Assembly: GCA_963733095.1 (NCBI GenBank)
Contig: CAVTBV010000006.1
Span: 32,001-96,000 of the forward strand
Length of the DNA: 64,000 nt
Source of the DNA: Candidatus Bathyarchaeota archaeon
GTDB lineage: Archaea; Thermoproteota; Bathyarchaeia; Bathyarchaeales; Bathycorpusculaceae
Direction of reading: 5' to 3'
Shown: positions 38,615 to 48,556 of the stretch, piece by piece
How positions within the stretch are numbered: position 1 is the first letter of the stretch
How the letters are laid out: each line of letters starts with the position of its first letter
Notes under the pieces: model-generated
What the model saw: the letters and a program-made list of their open reading frames with translations, nothing else
Told to the model about the DNA's origin: nothing
The model's database searches: none
Translations under genes and position numbers: made by a program

Positions 38615-41600
38615 ATGTCACAGGAAGAATTAATACATAAAATAGTAGACGAAATCTCATTCGGTTTAATCTCACCTAAAGACCTCCGTAAACAATCAGT
38701 CGTAGAAATCCAAACACCAGACACCTATGACGAAGACGGTGCACCAATCACAGCAGGGTTAATGGATGGCAGACTAGGCACTCTTGAACCAAGGCAAAGA
38801 TGCAAAACTTGCGGCAACACAGCAATCCGCTGCCCAGGACACTTCGGACACATCGAACTTGCGGTACCAATCGTACACATAGAATTTACAAAGATTATTT
38901 TTGACCTCTTAAAAGCAACATGCCGCACATGCGGTCGCATTCTCCTCTCAGAAGACGCATCCAAAAAGGCACGCCAAAGACTCGAACGCTTCAACGACCT
39001 TTTGGGAACAATCCCCGATGAAATCTACAAAGAAGTCCTAACTGAGATCAAAGCAAAACAATGCCCCTACTGTGCAGCAGCCCAATTCAAAATTACCTTT
39101 GAAAAACCAACAAAGTTTATTGAGCAAACTGAAGCAGGCTCAGAACCTCTAACTCCCAGCATGATACGGGAAAGGCTGGAACGCATCTCAGATGAAGACC
39201 TTGAAATTTTAGGTTTTAACCCCAAAGTTGCACGTCCAGAATGGATGGTTCTTCAGGTTCTCCCGGTTCCACCAGTCTATGTGCGTCCATCAATCACTCT
39301 TGAATCAGGTATCCGCTCAGAAGACGACTTAACCCATAAACTCGTCGACATCATACGTATCAACCAGCGTTTGAAAGAAAACATGGAAGCAGGTGCACCA
39401 ACCCTAATTATCCAGGACCTATCCGAACTTCTACAATACCACGTTACCACGTACTTCAACAACGAGGCATCAGGTATTCCTCCAGCACGTCACCGTAGTG
39501 GTAGAGCCCTAAAGACCCTCTCTCAACGCTTGAAAGGTAAAGAAGGACGTTTCAGAAGCAACCTCTCAGGAAAACGTGTCGACTTCTCAGCTCGTACCGT
39601 CATATCGCCCGATCCTAACCTTGACATAAACGAAGTCGGTGTTCCACAAGATGTAGCCATGCGACTTTCAGTTCCAGAGAAGGTTACCGCTTGGAACATC
39701 GAAGAAATGAAGAAATTCGTAGTTAATGGTCCAGAAAACTATCCAGGTGCACTCTACATAATCCGCCCAGACGGCAAACGTATCCGGCTTGAATTCGTTG
39801 TTGACCGCACAAAAATCGCAGAAGCAGTAGAATTAGGCTTCATAGTCGAACGTCACCTCAAGAACGGTGACATAGCCATCTTTAATCGACAGCCTTCACT
39901 TCACCGCATGTCCATCATGGCCCACTACGTTCGTGTTTTACCCTACAAGACTTTCCGTATGCATTTATGTGTCTGTCCACCTTACAACGCAGACTTTGAC
40001 GGCGACGAAATGAACCTCCACGTTCCACAAAGTGAAGAAGCCCGAACTGAAAGCTTGCTGCTCATGCAGGTTCAAGACCAAATTCTCTCGCCAAGGTTCG
40101 GCGGACCAATCATCGGTGCCATCAGAGATTTTATCACAAGCGCCTACTACTTCACCAGAAAAGGAAACTACCTGACTCGAAGTCAAGTAAACAGACTACT
40201 AACTTCCACCGGCTATGTAGGCGAAGTACCCACACCCGAAATCAAGGACCCTCAACCCATGTGGTCAGGAAAACAAATCTTCAGCCTATACCTGCCAAAA
40301 ACACTAAACTACGTCTTGAAAGCCAACATTTGCCAAGGCTGCACGAAATGTGAAGAAGAGGCATGCAAACATGATGCATATGTAGTTGTCCGAAACGGCC
40401 AACTCGTCTCCGGCATTATTGATAGACGTTCAATCGGTTCTGAACAATCCGAAAGTCTGCTTCACAGAATCATCAAAGACTACGGTACACAAGCAGGAAG
40501 AGAATTCCTAAACAAAGTAACACATTTACTCAAACAATTCATCTCTATGCGTGGCTTCAGCTACACCTATGACCAACTGGTCCTCTCACCAAAAGCCCGC
40601 AACCGAATGACAAAGACCATGGACCGTATCCAAAAGAAAATCGACGAACACATCGAAAACTTCCGAAACGGAACCCTCCCACGCTTGCCAGGACAAACCC
40701 TTGAAGAATCCTTCGAAATCTACGTCATGCACGAATTAGCCGTAGCCCGAGATGAATCAGGCAAAATAGCAGACGACGACTTCACATTGGAAAACGCAGG
40801 CATCGTCATGACAAGAGCAGGAGCAAGAGGCTCAAGCTTAAACATCGGTCAAATGGCCGCTTGCGTTGGGCAACAATCAGTTCGAGGCAAACGTATCTTA
40901 AGAGGTTACGCAGGTCGAGCATTGCCACACTTCGTCGACGGTGACCCAAGCCCAAGAGCCAGAGGCTTCGTATACAACTCCTATCAGACTGGACTCGATG
41001 CGATTGAGTTCTTCTTCCACGCTATGGGTGGCAGAGAAGGTCTAGTTGACACAGCCGTTCGCACACAACAAAGCGGTTACATGCAGAGACGATTAATCAA
41101 CGCACTTGAGCACATTCGTTTAGAGTACGACAGCACTGTCCGTGACTCAGCAGGCGATATTATCCAATTCCGCTATGGAGAAGACGGCGTTGACCCAGCA
41201 AAAAGTGATCATGGTAAAGCAGTCAACGTTAACCGACTGATCGAACAGATAAAGCTTGGTGAAGAAAAAGGCGAAGTAGCATCCACGGAACACATTAAAA
41301 AACAACTAAAGAACGTAGAAAACCAGTTAACCCCCATCTTGCTAAACCAGCTTAAGCAAAACTTTGCAAAGAACAAGCTTACAGCAAAAGCAGTAACGAA
41401 AGCTGCAACTCAGACAGCTGAACAGTACAAACGAGCCTTGATGGAGCCGGGCGAAGCAGTCGGTATTGTTGCAGCCCAATCAATCGGTGAACCAGGCACT
41501 CAGATGACCCTTAGAACCTTCCACTACGCTGGTGTCAAAGAACAAAACGTCACCTTAGGCTTACCACGTCTAATCGAAATCGTAGACGCACGCAGAATCC

Positions 41601-42448
41601 CTTCAACCCCAATCATGACCATCTACCTGCAAGGCGACCACGCAAAGAGCAAAGAAGGCGCCGTTGAAGTTGCACGAAACATCATCTACACTTCAGTTGA
41701 AAACTTGGCTTCAGCAATCTACGAAGACCCCGTTCGCGAAGCAATAATCATTGAATTAAACAAGCAGATGATGGATGACCGAGCTATAACGATGGATGAG
41801 CTAAAAGAACGCATGGAACTGCAAAATGCAACCGTGACAGTCACAGACACAACCGTCGAGATTAAACCAAAGAAAGCTGAACAACTCAAACGCATGTTGG
41901 CTAAGGTTCCAGGATACCAGGTTAAAGGTGTTCCAGACATAAAACGTGTCCTAGTTACCGAAGAGAACGGTGAATGGGTAATACGCACTGACGGCTCAAA
42001 CCTGTCCAAAGTCCTCGAAGTCATAGGCGTAGATACATCACGAACAACCACCAACAACATCCACGAAATCGCTAAAACCCTCGGAGTAGAAGCTTCAAGA
42101 AACGCATTAGTCAACGAAGCCAAAGGTGTCTTAGAAGACCAAGGCTTAGACGTAGACGTACGCCACGTAATGCTCGTAGCAGACATGATGACTACCACAG
42201 GCGATGTACAGCAAATCGGCAGACACGGAATCAGCGGCAAAAAAGCCAGTGTCCTCGCGCGCGCCGCATTCGAAATCACGGTCCCCAACATTGTTGAGGC
42301 AGCCGTGAAGGGTGAAAGTGATCCTTTGGCTGGCGTAACAGAAAACGTTATAGTTGGGCAATCAATACCAATCGGCACAGGCTTAGTTGAACTGTACATG
42401 TCAACATTTGAAACGCAAGAAAAAGATGGAGGAAAAACAGAAGCATGA
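38615..42448 (+). CDS. rpoA1: DNA-directed RNA polymerase subunit A, fused A'+A'' (Rpo1)
   Basis: CPGHFGHIEL and YNADFDGDEMN, continuing in frame into the A'' motifs AAQSIGEPGTQMT and GVTENVIVGQ. Confidence 0.98.
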   Translation: MSQEELIHKIVDEISFGLISPKDLRKQSVVEIQTPDTYDEDGAPITAGLMDGRLGTLEPRQRCKTCGNTAIRCPGHFGHIELAVPIVHIEFTKIIFDLLKATCRTCGRILLSEDASKKARQRLERFNDLLGTIPDEIYKEVLTEIKAKQCPYCAAAQFKITFEKPTKFIEQTEAGSEPLTPSMIRERLERISDEDLEILGFNPKVARPEWMVLQVLPVPPVYVRPSITLESGIRSEDDLTHKLVDIIRINQRLKENMEAGAPTLIIQDLSELLQYHVTTYFNNEASGIPPARHRSGRALKTLSQRLKGKEGRFRSNLSGKRVDFSARTVISPDPNLDINEVGVPQDVAMRLSVPEKVTAWNIEEMKKFVVNGPENYPGALYIIRPDGKRIRLEFVVDRTKIAEAVELGFIVERHLKNGDIAIFNRQPSLHRMSIMAHYVRVLPYKTFRMHLCVCPPYNADFDGDEMNLHVPQSEEARTESLLLMQVQDQILSPRFGGPIIGAIRDFITSAYYFTRKGNYLTRSQVNRLLTSTGYVGEVPTPEIKDPQPMWSGKQIFSLYLPKTLNYVLKANICQGCTKCEEEACKHDAYVVVRNGQLVSGIIDRRSIGSEQSESLLHRIIKDYGTQAGREFLNKVTHLLKQFISMRGFSYTYDQLVLSPKARNRMTKTMDRIQKKIDEHIENFRNGTLPRLPGQTLEESFEIYVMHELAVARDESGKIADDDFTLENAGIVMTRAGARGSSLNIGQMAACVGQQSVRGKRILRGYAGRALPHFVDGDPSPRARGFVYNSYQTGLDAIEFFFHAMGGREGLVDTAVRTQQSGYMQRRLINALEHIRLEYDSTVRDSAGDIIQFRYGEDGVDPAKSDHGKAVNVNRLIEQIKLGEEKGEVASTEHIKKQLKNVENQLTPILLNQLKQNFAKNKLTAKAVTKAATQTAEQYKRALMEPGEAVGIVAAQSIGEPGTQMTLRTFHYAGVKEQNVTLGLPRLIEIVDARRIPSTPIMTIYLQGDHAKSKEGAVEVARNIIYTSVENLASAIYEDPVREAIIIELNKQMMDDRAITMDELKERMELQNATVTVTDTTVEIKPKKAEQLKRMLAKVPGYQVKGVPDIKRVLVTEENGEWVIRTDGSNLSKVLEVIGVDTSRTTTNNIHEIAKTLGVEASRNALVNEAKGVLEDQGLDVDVRHVMLVADMMTTTGDVQQIGRHGISGKKASVLARAAFEITVPNIVEAAVKGESDPLAGVTENVIVGQSIPIGTGLVELYMSTFETQEKDGGKTEA

Positions 42449-42762
42449 TAGACATAGATAAAGCATTAGCGTCTGCAGTGAAAACAGGAAAGGTATCCTT
42501 TGGAACCAACGTTGCATTGCAAAACGCCAAAACTGGCAAAGCTAAGATGATAGTTTTAGCCACAAACTGTCCAAAAGACATAAAAGAACAAATAGAATAC
42601 TATGGAGAAATCTCTAAAGTCCCCGTCATAACCTACAAAGGTGGATCAATGGATTTAGCGGAAGTCTGTAAGAAACTCTTCATTATATCTGCCTTAAGCA
42701 TCCGCGAAACAGGGGATTCAGATATTCTCAAAGTAACCGAGGAAACTCAGGTACAAGAATAA
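42445..42762 (+). CDS. rpl30e: ribosomal protein L30e
   Basis: AVKTGKVSFG, KAKMIVLATNCP and GDSDIL motifs; conserved position after rpoA. Confidence 0.96.
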   Translation: MIDIDKALASAVKTGKVSFGTNVALQNAKTGKAKMIVLATNCPKDIKEQIEYYGEISKVPVITYKGGSMDLAEVCKKLFIISALSIRETGDSDILKVTEETQVQE

Positions 42763-42780
42763 AAACGGAGGAAAAAAAGA

Positions 42781-43215
42781 ACGAGTGGCATAAAAATTAC
42801 CTGCGACGAAATGCGATACATTGCTTTATTTGAAAGCATCAGCGGCGCAAGCGTAAAAGACTGTATAGTCGACGAAGTAGAACAGCGAGCTATATTCATC
42901 GTCAACCAAGGTCAAGTAGGCGTTGCCATCGGCAAGGGCGGACGAAACATCCACACCCTTGAACGAATGACCGGCAAAAAACATGAAATCATTGAGTACA
43001 GCGAAGACCCAGCAACATTCATTAAAAACGCCTTAAAACCCGCAGCAGTTAGAGAAATCCGCGTCACCGAACGCACTGATGGCAAAAAAATGGCAGTCAT
43101 AACCGTCAACCCGAAAGATAAGGGCGTCGCGATAGGTAAGAACGGCAAGAACGCCGAACGTTTGCGCTTTTTGGCAAAACGGTATTTCGACATTCAGAAC
43201 GTCAGCATCTCCTAA
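42781..43215 (+). CDS. nusA: archaeal NusA (KH domains); probable ACG start, first ATG at 42811
   Basis: IKIT.DEMRYIALFE, AIGKGGRNI and AIGKNGKN motifs; GGAGG about 9 nt before ACG. Confidence 0.93.
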   Translation, partial: TSGIKITCDEMRYIALFESISGASVKDCIVDEVEQRAIFIVNQGQVGVAIGKGGRNIHTLERMTGKKHEIIEYSEDPATFIKNALKPAAVREIRVTERTDGKKMAVITVNPKDKGVAIGKNGKNAERLRFLAKRYFDIQNVSIS

Positions 43216-43424
43216 GAGTCCGTAACTGGCTATTAGGCGATGAACACGTCGGTGATTCTCATCGTGTATTGTTAAACCTAGACTGTATAAGGCTCCAATT
43301 TTGGTTTTCCAATCACTTTAATTGGTTTATCGTCGATTTTAGCTGTCAGTCAAGAAACCTTTACTGGGTGTAGTCAACAAACCTTGACGAGAACCCTTTA
43401 ATTTTAAACTAGATTCAGAGATTA

Positions 43425-44978
43425 GTGGTGAAACGGATGAAACATCAAAATTCCATCATCACTTTCGCTTTTTTAACCCTACTGATATGCATCGTTTTAA
43501 CCGCTGAAATTACCCTGCAAAACGTTGTAGCGCAAACCCAGGCAACCACCCCATCATTAAACGATGACTGGTCGATGTTTCATCATGACCTAAACCGCAC
43601 AGGAACATCCAAATCCAATTCATCCAACGGCAATCTGCTTTGGCGATTCTTTACAGGACCCTCCATAACCCCCTCAGTGGCTGACCGGTTACGGGCATCC
43701 CCAACAGTTGTCAACGGCGTTGTGTACATTGGCTCAGACAACAGCATTTTTTATGCTTTGAACGCGACAACTGGTTCCCCAATTTGGCAAGTTAATGTGG
43801 GCAGTGTTGTGGAGTCATCGGCTGCGGTTGTTGATAATGTGGTTTACGTTGGGCTTTTGTGGGATGGGCATAACGGTTATGTCGAGGCTTTGAATGCTAC
43901 CTCTGGCTCAGTAATCTGGCGGTTTGCAACCAACAGTGGCATCGAGTCCTCTCCTGCAGTCGTCAACGGAGTAGTCTATATCGGCTCATTTTCCGGTTAT
44001 GTTTATGCATTAAACGCTACAGACGGCACGGTGATTTGGTCATACCTTACTGGCGGCACAACATTTTCTTCTCCAGCTATAGTTGACGGGATTCTCTACA
44101 TTGGCTCAGGCGATGGAAACGTCTATGCCCTAAACATCGACAACGGCTCGTTATTCTGGAAGTCGCACGTCGGCAACCAAGTGTATGCTTCTCCCGCAGT
44201 CATTAATGCCACAGTATATGTCGGCTCTGATGATGGTCATGTTTGTGCTTTGAGGGCAACTGAGGGTTCAATGGTTTGGCAAGCCAACATCGGCGTCGGA
44301 GATAACTCTGACGACTCTCCCGCCGTAGCTAATGGCATCGTGTACTTTGGTTCCCGCAACGGCTACTATGCATTCAACGCTACTGATGGCTCACAAATCT
44401 GGTTCTTTGCATCCCCATACTCTTCCCGACAGTTTACAGGATATGTGTACTCGTCTCCTGCGGTTGCTGGTGATGTTGTTTACTTTGGGTCATGTGACGG
44501 CTACGTGTTCGCTTTGAATGCCTATGACGGGTCCATTGTCTGGTCGTACCGTGCTGGCATCTTTGTGTTTTCATCGCCTGCCATCGTCAACGGCGTCGTC
44601 TATGTGGGGTCCTATGACGGTTATGTTTACGCTTTAGGCACAACAGGTTCAACTCCAACTCAAACCCCAACTCCAACTATTCAACCGACCGTGTCTCCCT
44701 CACCAACTCCGACTGCCCTCCCAACTGTTACCCCCACCACTATCCCAACCCCACAGCCAACAGAACATCCAACATCCAAAACACACCCAACCCCAACTCC
44801 AACACAAACTCAATCACCACCCCAACTATACATAAATCAACCAACAACGGGACCAGTTGTCGCCATCGACCCGAACACTTCTGCAAACTGGCTAATACTC
44901 GGTGCTAGCATCATTGCAGCATTGGTAGCGGTAATATTCTTCGTGCAAATCTACAGAACCCCGCAGGAAACTCACTAA
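43425..44978 (+). CDS. PQQ-like (BamB-type) beta-propeller membrane-anchored protein
   Basis: WSMFHHD..RTG followed by about 8 SSPAVVNGVVYIGS..G.VYALNA.DG...W repeats; Pro/Thr linker; C-terminal TM. Confidence 0.9.
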   Translation: MVKRMKHQNSIITFAFLTLLICIVLTAEITLQNVVAQTQATTPSLNDDWSMFHHDLNRTGTSKSNSSNGNLLWRFFTGPSITPSVADRLRASPTVVNGVVYIGSDNSIFYALNATTGSPIWQVNVGSVVESSAAVVDNVVYVGLLWDGHNGYVEALNATSGSVIWRFATNSGIESSPAVVNGVVYIGSFSGYVYALNATDGTVIWSYLTGGTTFSSPAIVDGILYIGSGDGNVYALNIDNGSLFWKSHVGNQVYASPAVINATVYVGSDDGHVCALRATEGSMVWQANIGVGDNSDDSPAVANGIVYFGSRNGYYAFNATDGSQIWFFASPYSSRQFTGYVYSSPAVAGDVVYFGSCDGYVFALNAYDGSIVWSYRAGIFVFSSPAIVNGVVYVGSYDGYVYALGTTGSTPTQTPTPTIQPTVSPSPTPTALPTVTPTTIPTPQPTEHPTSKTHPTPTPTQTQSPPQLYINQPTTGPVVAIDPNTSANWLILGASIIAALVAVIFFVQIYRTPQETH

Positions 44979-45134
44979 ACCCGCTGACCACTTTCACCAA
45001 AACAAGCTATCCCAAGTGAGGTGACCCAAAAAAAGAATTCTGCACCGAATAGGAATAAATCTGCTCGAAGAAAAAACAATCCTCTTTTTTCTATTTTTGT
45101 GTAAATTTTATAGCTTGCTTATGCATATGTACTT

Positions 45135-46436
45135 GTGATTCGAATGGCTGACTCCCACGAAGATGAAATTTACTCAACGATGTTTAGTTCACTTAAGCAT
45201 CCGGTCAGGCGCAAGATTCTTCGAATGCTAGGAATCAAACCCATGACTTTTATGGAGATGGTTGAGGAACTTGGAGTTTCAACGCCACATTTAACCTATC
45301 ACCTTGAAAACCTCGGTGAACTGGTCTCTAAAATGGATGATGGCAAGTACAAGTTGTCTGCTTTTGGATTAGCCACTGTAGGTGCAATGAAGGGTGTCGA
45401 AGATGTTCGGGAATGTGAGCCGAAACGCGGTGTGGTGACTTCAAGGTGGAAACTCTTTTCGGTAGTGATGCTGATTTCGGTTTTGGCTTTATCGGGTGTG
45501 GCTGGTTTAGAGTATTATTCTATTAACCAGCTTTCTGGGGCTCAGAACTCGATTTCCGTTGAGAATCAGCAGTTATTGTCTTGGGGTATAGGCGCGGATA
45601 AAGTGGCTAATTTTCTTTCAAATCTGACGCAGATTGAAACAAAAAACTATACGATTTCCCTGATGAGTGATACAATGCAGTGGCGAGCTGATTTTGGCGG
45701 TGTCGCTGAAGAAGTCACGCAGTACTCACTAAAGAGCAGCATAAGCGATTTGAACGTGTACTTGCGTTACAGGAATAATCACTTCTCAAGATACGAGCTT
45801 AACATGATTGAAAGCTCACCCATATACTCGCAGGTCCAGCCAAACGATGTCCTGCAGAACGCAAAATATGTACTCTCTCGCTACAGAACCTACTCCGGCG
45901 ATTCATACTTAAACAACATGACTAATATTTTAGCCGCAGTCAGCACCATAAGTAACATGAATGTTACTCAGGGCAACATAAAATTGCAGATTACCGTTTC
46001 AGGAGATACCGTGACATTTCTCTGGATGTACACCGAAAACGGCATAGACTACCAAGCCAAGGGTTTACAGATGACCTTCCAAAACAACGTGTTAACCGTG
46101 TTGTCCGATGGCTATTTCCTATTTAATGTCGGAAGCACCAACATGGCTATTAGTCAAGAACAGGCCATAAACACTGCTAAAAATTACGTCAAAACATTAA
46201 CCTACAACATCGAGAACAAACCAACTTCTGGCTTTAGCGTCATAGACCCACCTGTGTCTGTTCAACTCATCCCACATCCAAGAGGCAACTCAGTCAACCT
46301 GATTCCTTACTGGTACATTGAAATGAGCCTTACCCAGACTTATGCAGGAGGTTACAACGAAGTTGCTGTCGGAATTTACGCTGACACAGGAGAAGTATCA
46401 GATGTACAATTGCTAAGCAGTAGCACAGAAATATAG
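45135..46436 (+). CDS. ArsR-type wHTH protein with a TM helix and large extracytoplasmic domain
   Basis: SLKHPVRRKILRML...LTYHLENL HTH, a hydrophobic helix near residues 107-126, then an N/S/T-rich domain. Confidence 0.8.
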   Translation: MIRMADSHEDEIYSTMFSSLKHPVRRKILRMLGIKPMTFMEMVEELGVSTPHLTYHLENLGELVSKMDDGKYKLSAFGLATVGAMKGVEDVRECEPKRGVVTSRWKLFSVVMLISVLALSGVAGLEYYSINQLSGAQNSISVENQQLLSWGIGADKVANFLSNLTQIETKNYTISLMSDTMQWRADFGGVAEEVTQYSLKSSISDLNVYLRYRNNHFSRYELNMIESSPIYSQVQPNDVLQNAKYVLSRYRTYSGDSYLNNMTNILAAVSTISNMNVTQGNIKLQITVSGDTVTFLWMYTENGIDYQAKGLQMTFQNNVLTVLSDGYFLFNVGSTNMAISQEQAINTAKNYVKTLTYNIENKPTSGFSVIDPPVSVQLIPHPRGNSVNLIPYWYIEMSLTQTYAGGYNEVAVGIYADTGEVSDVQLLSSSTEI

Positions 46437-46466
46437 ACTTTGCAGCTTACGTTTCCGGGAAAAAAC

Positions 46467-46715
46467 TTAGGTTGATCTAGTTTCATACACAATAACTGCA
46501 TCAGTCTTAATCTGCATGACTAAGTCGTGTCCTTCAACAATTTTCCGTAGATTACCCATGCTTTCCTTTGAAAGGTTTGCCTTGATGTTGATGTGGTAAC
46601 CGTTATATAGTGGATACATGGCTTTCTGGGGTATCAAGGTGATGGTTGCTCCATCTAACCCTGGACACCTGTCCACAATTTCTCTCAGTAGGATTGCGAT
46701 TTCCGCGAACTTCAT
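46467..46715 (-). CDS. small hypothetical protein
   Basis: 82-aa ORF with ATG start and AT-rich upstream promoter. Confidence 0.55.
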   Translation of the reverse strand: MKFAEIAILLREIVDRCPGLDGATITLIPQKAMYPLYNGYHINIKANLSKESMGNLRKIVEGHDLVMQIKTDAVIVYETRST

Positions 46716-46914
46716 GAATTTAACCTATTAAATATTTGTAGTATAAACATAAAAAGTCTTCACATAAAAACCTGTTGATGCATATTAAATTCTGCTATTT
46801 TTGTGTGGATTTGGCTGTCAAACCTCTTTTTAAAATTCATTCTTTTTATTAGTCTTTGAGCTTTCAGATGAATGAAACATAAATCTAAGTTCGCTAATAA
46901 AATTAACGAAACTA

Positions 46915-47217
46915 TTATTGCCACCACTTCTTTTTCGGTTTAATGAATAAAATTTCCTTATTTTGCGTTAGTTCAAAAATCTTGCCTAAAGAGTATTCGG
47001 GCGCTTTGGCTTCGCAGATGCCCCCCGTAAGCTCAACTTTTACAGTCCCTTTTTTATCGATATCTTTTGAAAGTATAAACCTTTTAAATGGGGCTCTATT
47101 TCTGAGATTTTCAACCCACTGTTGAGGCGATATCGGTTCTTTTTCTAACCTAATAATTTTTGCAATGACATTTTCAATAGGTTTATTTTCAAAATCGACA
47201 ACTTTTGCAATAAGCAT
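46915..47217 (-). CDS. hypothetical protein, possibly truncated
   Basis: 100-aa ORF; beta-rich VVD...KPIENV pattern. Confidence 0.45.
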   Translation of the reverse strand: MLIAKVVDFENKPIENVIAKIIRLEKEPISPQQWVENLRNRAPFKRFILSKDIDKKGTVKVELTGGICEAKAPEYSLGKIFELTQNKEILFIKPKKKWWQ

Positions 47218-47390
47218 GAAAGGCTTGCTGCTGGAGCCTTTTGAGTTTCTTGGATGTCCAATTGTAAATCGCTAATTTTTTAATCTGTTGATAGTACATT
47301 TAGCTTTTGAGCATAAACCACTTTAGCCATTTCGAAAAATTTTTGAAAAACAAAATCAAGTTTCGTATTACTGTTACTTGTCAGGGGTAT

Positions 47391-48161
47391 TCAGGCAACA
47401 GTCATTCCTGATTCTACCCCAATTAAAACAGGATTAAATTCTCCATCAAGAATAACTATTTGCTCGATATTTGAGAAGAAAGCAGCAGTTGGAGAATAGA
47501 CTTCAGAATATTCCAGTTTCATCTCTATAACGTGGCAGTCAGAGAAGTTGAAGTCATACGCCCATTCTGTCATTTGGTAGCCCGATTGGTTTCTGTAAAA
47601 GAACTGCATGTGAACTGATTCCTTACGCATGAGTGAACCGTCAGGGGTTGTAGTAACGATCGTAGTATTGTGCCAAGTTGCACCTTCAGGAGCTGGACTG
47701 TTAAAGATACGAAACTCAGAACGCCTAGTGACGTTTGCTTCATAAGATAGTTCTATCTGCTTAGGGTCTCCTCTTCCCTGCATGTTATCATACCTTGTTT
47801 CATAGTAGTTTATGACCGCTGAGTCGATGAAGTTCGCTGACGTATTTGTTAAGTAAGTGTCTGGATGAAGGTAAGCCTCTGGGTCTGATGAACCAGTGAA
47901 GGGTTCTTTTAAAAGAATGGCTGAATAGTTGATAGACTCTGCTGTGTTGAGTGCTGTTTCTTCTTGGTTATCTAAGTTTCTATAGATGCTTTTCTGGTAT
48001 TTTAGAGGGATTTGAGTGCTATCCCAGATGAGCAAAGATATAACAATTATGCTCATCATGCAGACAACAAATATTACACGTTTCTTATTACGCACCCTGC
48101 TGAACCTCAGTCTTGTATTTGTATGCTGCTGACTTTTAAAACTGGTCCTATAACTATTCAA
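47391..48161 (-). CDS. membrane-anchored hypothetical protein
   Basis: basic N-terminus plus a TM helix, then a soluble domain. Confidence 0.6.
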   Translation of the reverse strand: MNSYRTSFKSQQHTNTRLRFSRVRNKKRVIFVVCMMSIIVISLLIWDSTQIPLKYQKSIYRNLDNQEETALNTAESINYSAILLKEPFTGSSDPEAYLHPDTYLTNTSANFIDSAVINYYETRYDNMQGRGDPKQIELSYEANVTRRSEFRIFNSPAPEGATWHNTTIVTTTPDGSLMRKESVHMQFFYRNQSGYQMTEWAYDFNFSDCHVIEMKLEYSEVYSPTAAFFSNIEQIVILDGEFNPVLIGVESGMTVA

Positions 48162-48556
48162 GTTAATGAGCTATCAATCAGGTTATTGAAAATAAAATCT
48201 GAAATTTCGTATTAATGTTAACAACTATGGGCGCAGTCGGCTTCTCTCTCGCTTTCAGGTATCTGGCGGTTTTCACGTTTTCTTTGTTATATCAGCCAGT
48301 GTATCTTTGTCGACACCATGCAACTTGACCGAGTAATAAATTTTGTCATTTTCATTAGCGTTCTAACCGACATTCAATACGCTTGTTTATCGGCTTAGAT
48401 TAATTGAAGTCTCATCAGAGAAAGGCGTAAAGAGCCCTAAATTGCCATATTAAGAAAAAGGGGAACATTTGCGGGAGATATCGGCATTTTAGTCAAAATT
48501 GTTTTAATAAGACGCCTTTCAATAGTGTGAACGCTTCAAAATAGAGGCAAACAATC

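Noticed and set aside
41719-42399. Long antisense ORFs inside rpoA, rpoB, SMC, AOR and hdrA
   Set aside because: Shadow frames of strongly conserved genes, S/T/F-rich and without motifs
38615-42448. Fused RpoA'/A'' as a novelty
   Set aside because: Already known in Thaumarchaeota, Korarchaeota and related lineages; used only as a taxonomic clue
43237-43265. Hairpin GCGATGA-ACACGTCGGTGATTC-TCATCGT after nusA as a riboswitch or sRNA
   Set aside because: No complete fluoride-riboswitch or C/D box set; most simply a 3' stem-loop
44650-44830. Short CCAAC(T/C)CC-type repeats, also at 24230-24320
   Set aside because: They encode Pro/Thr linkers of surface proteins; not CRISPR, and no regular repeat-spacer array was seen in the window
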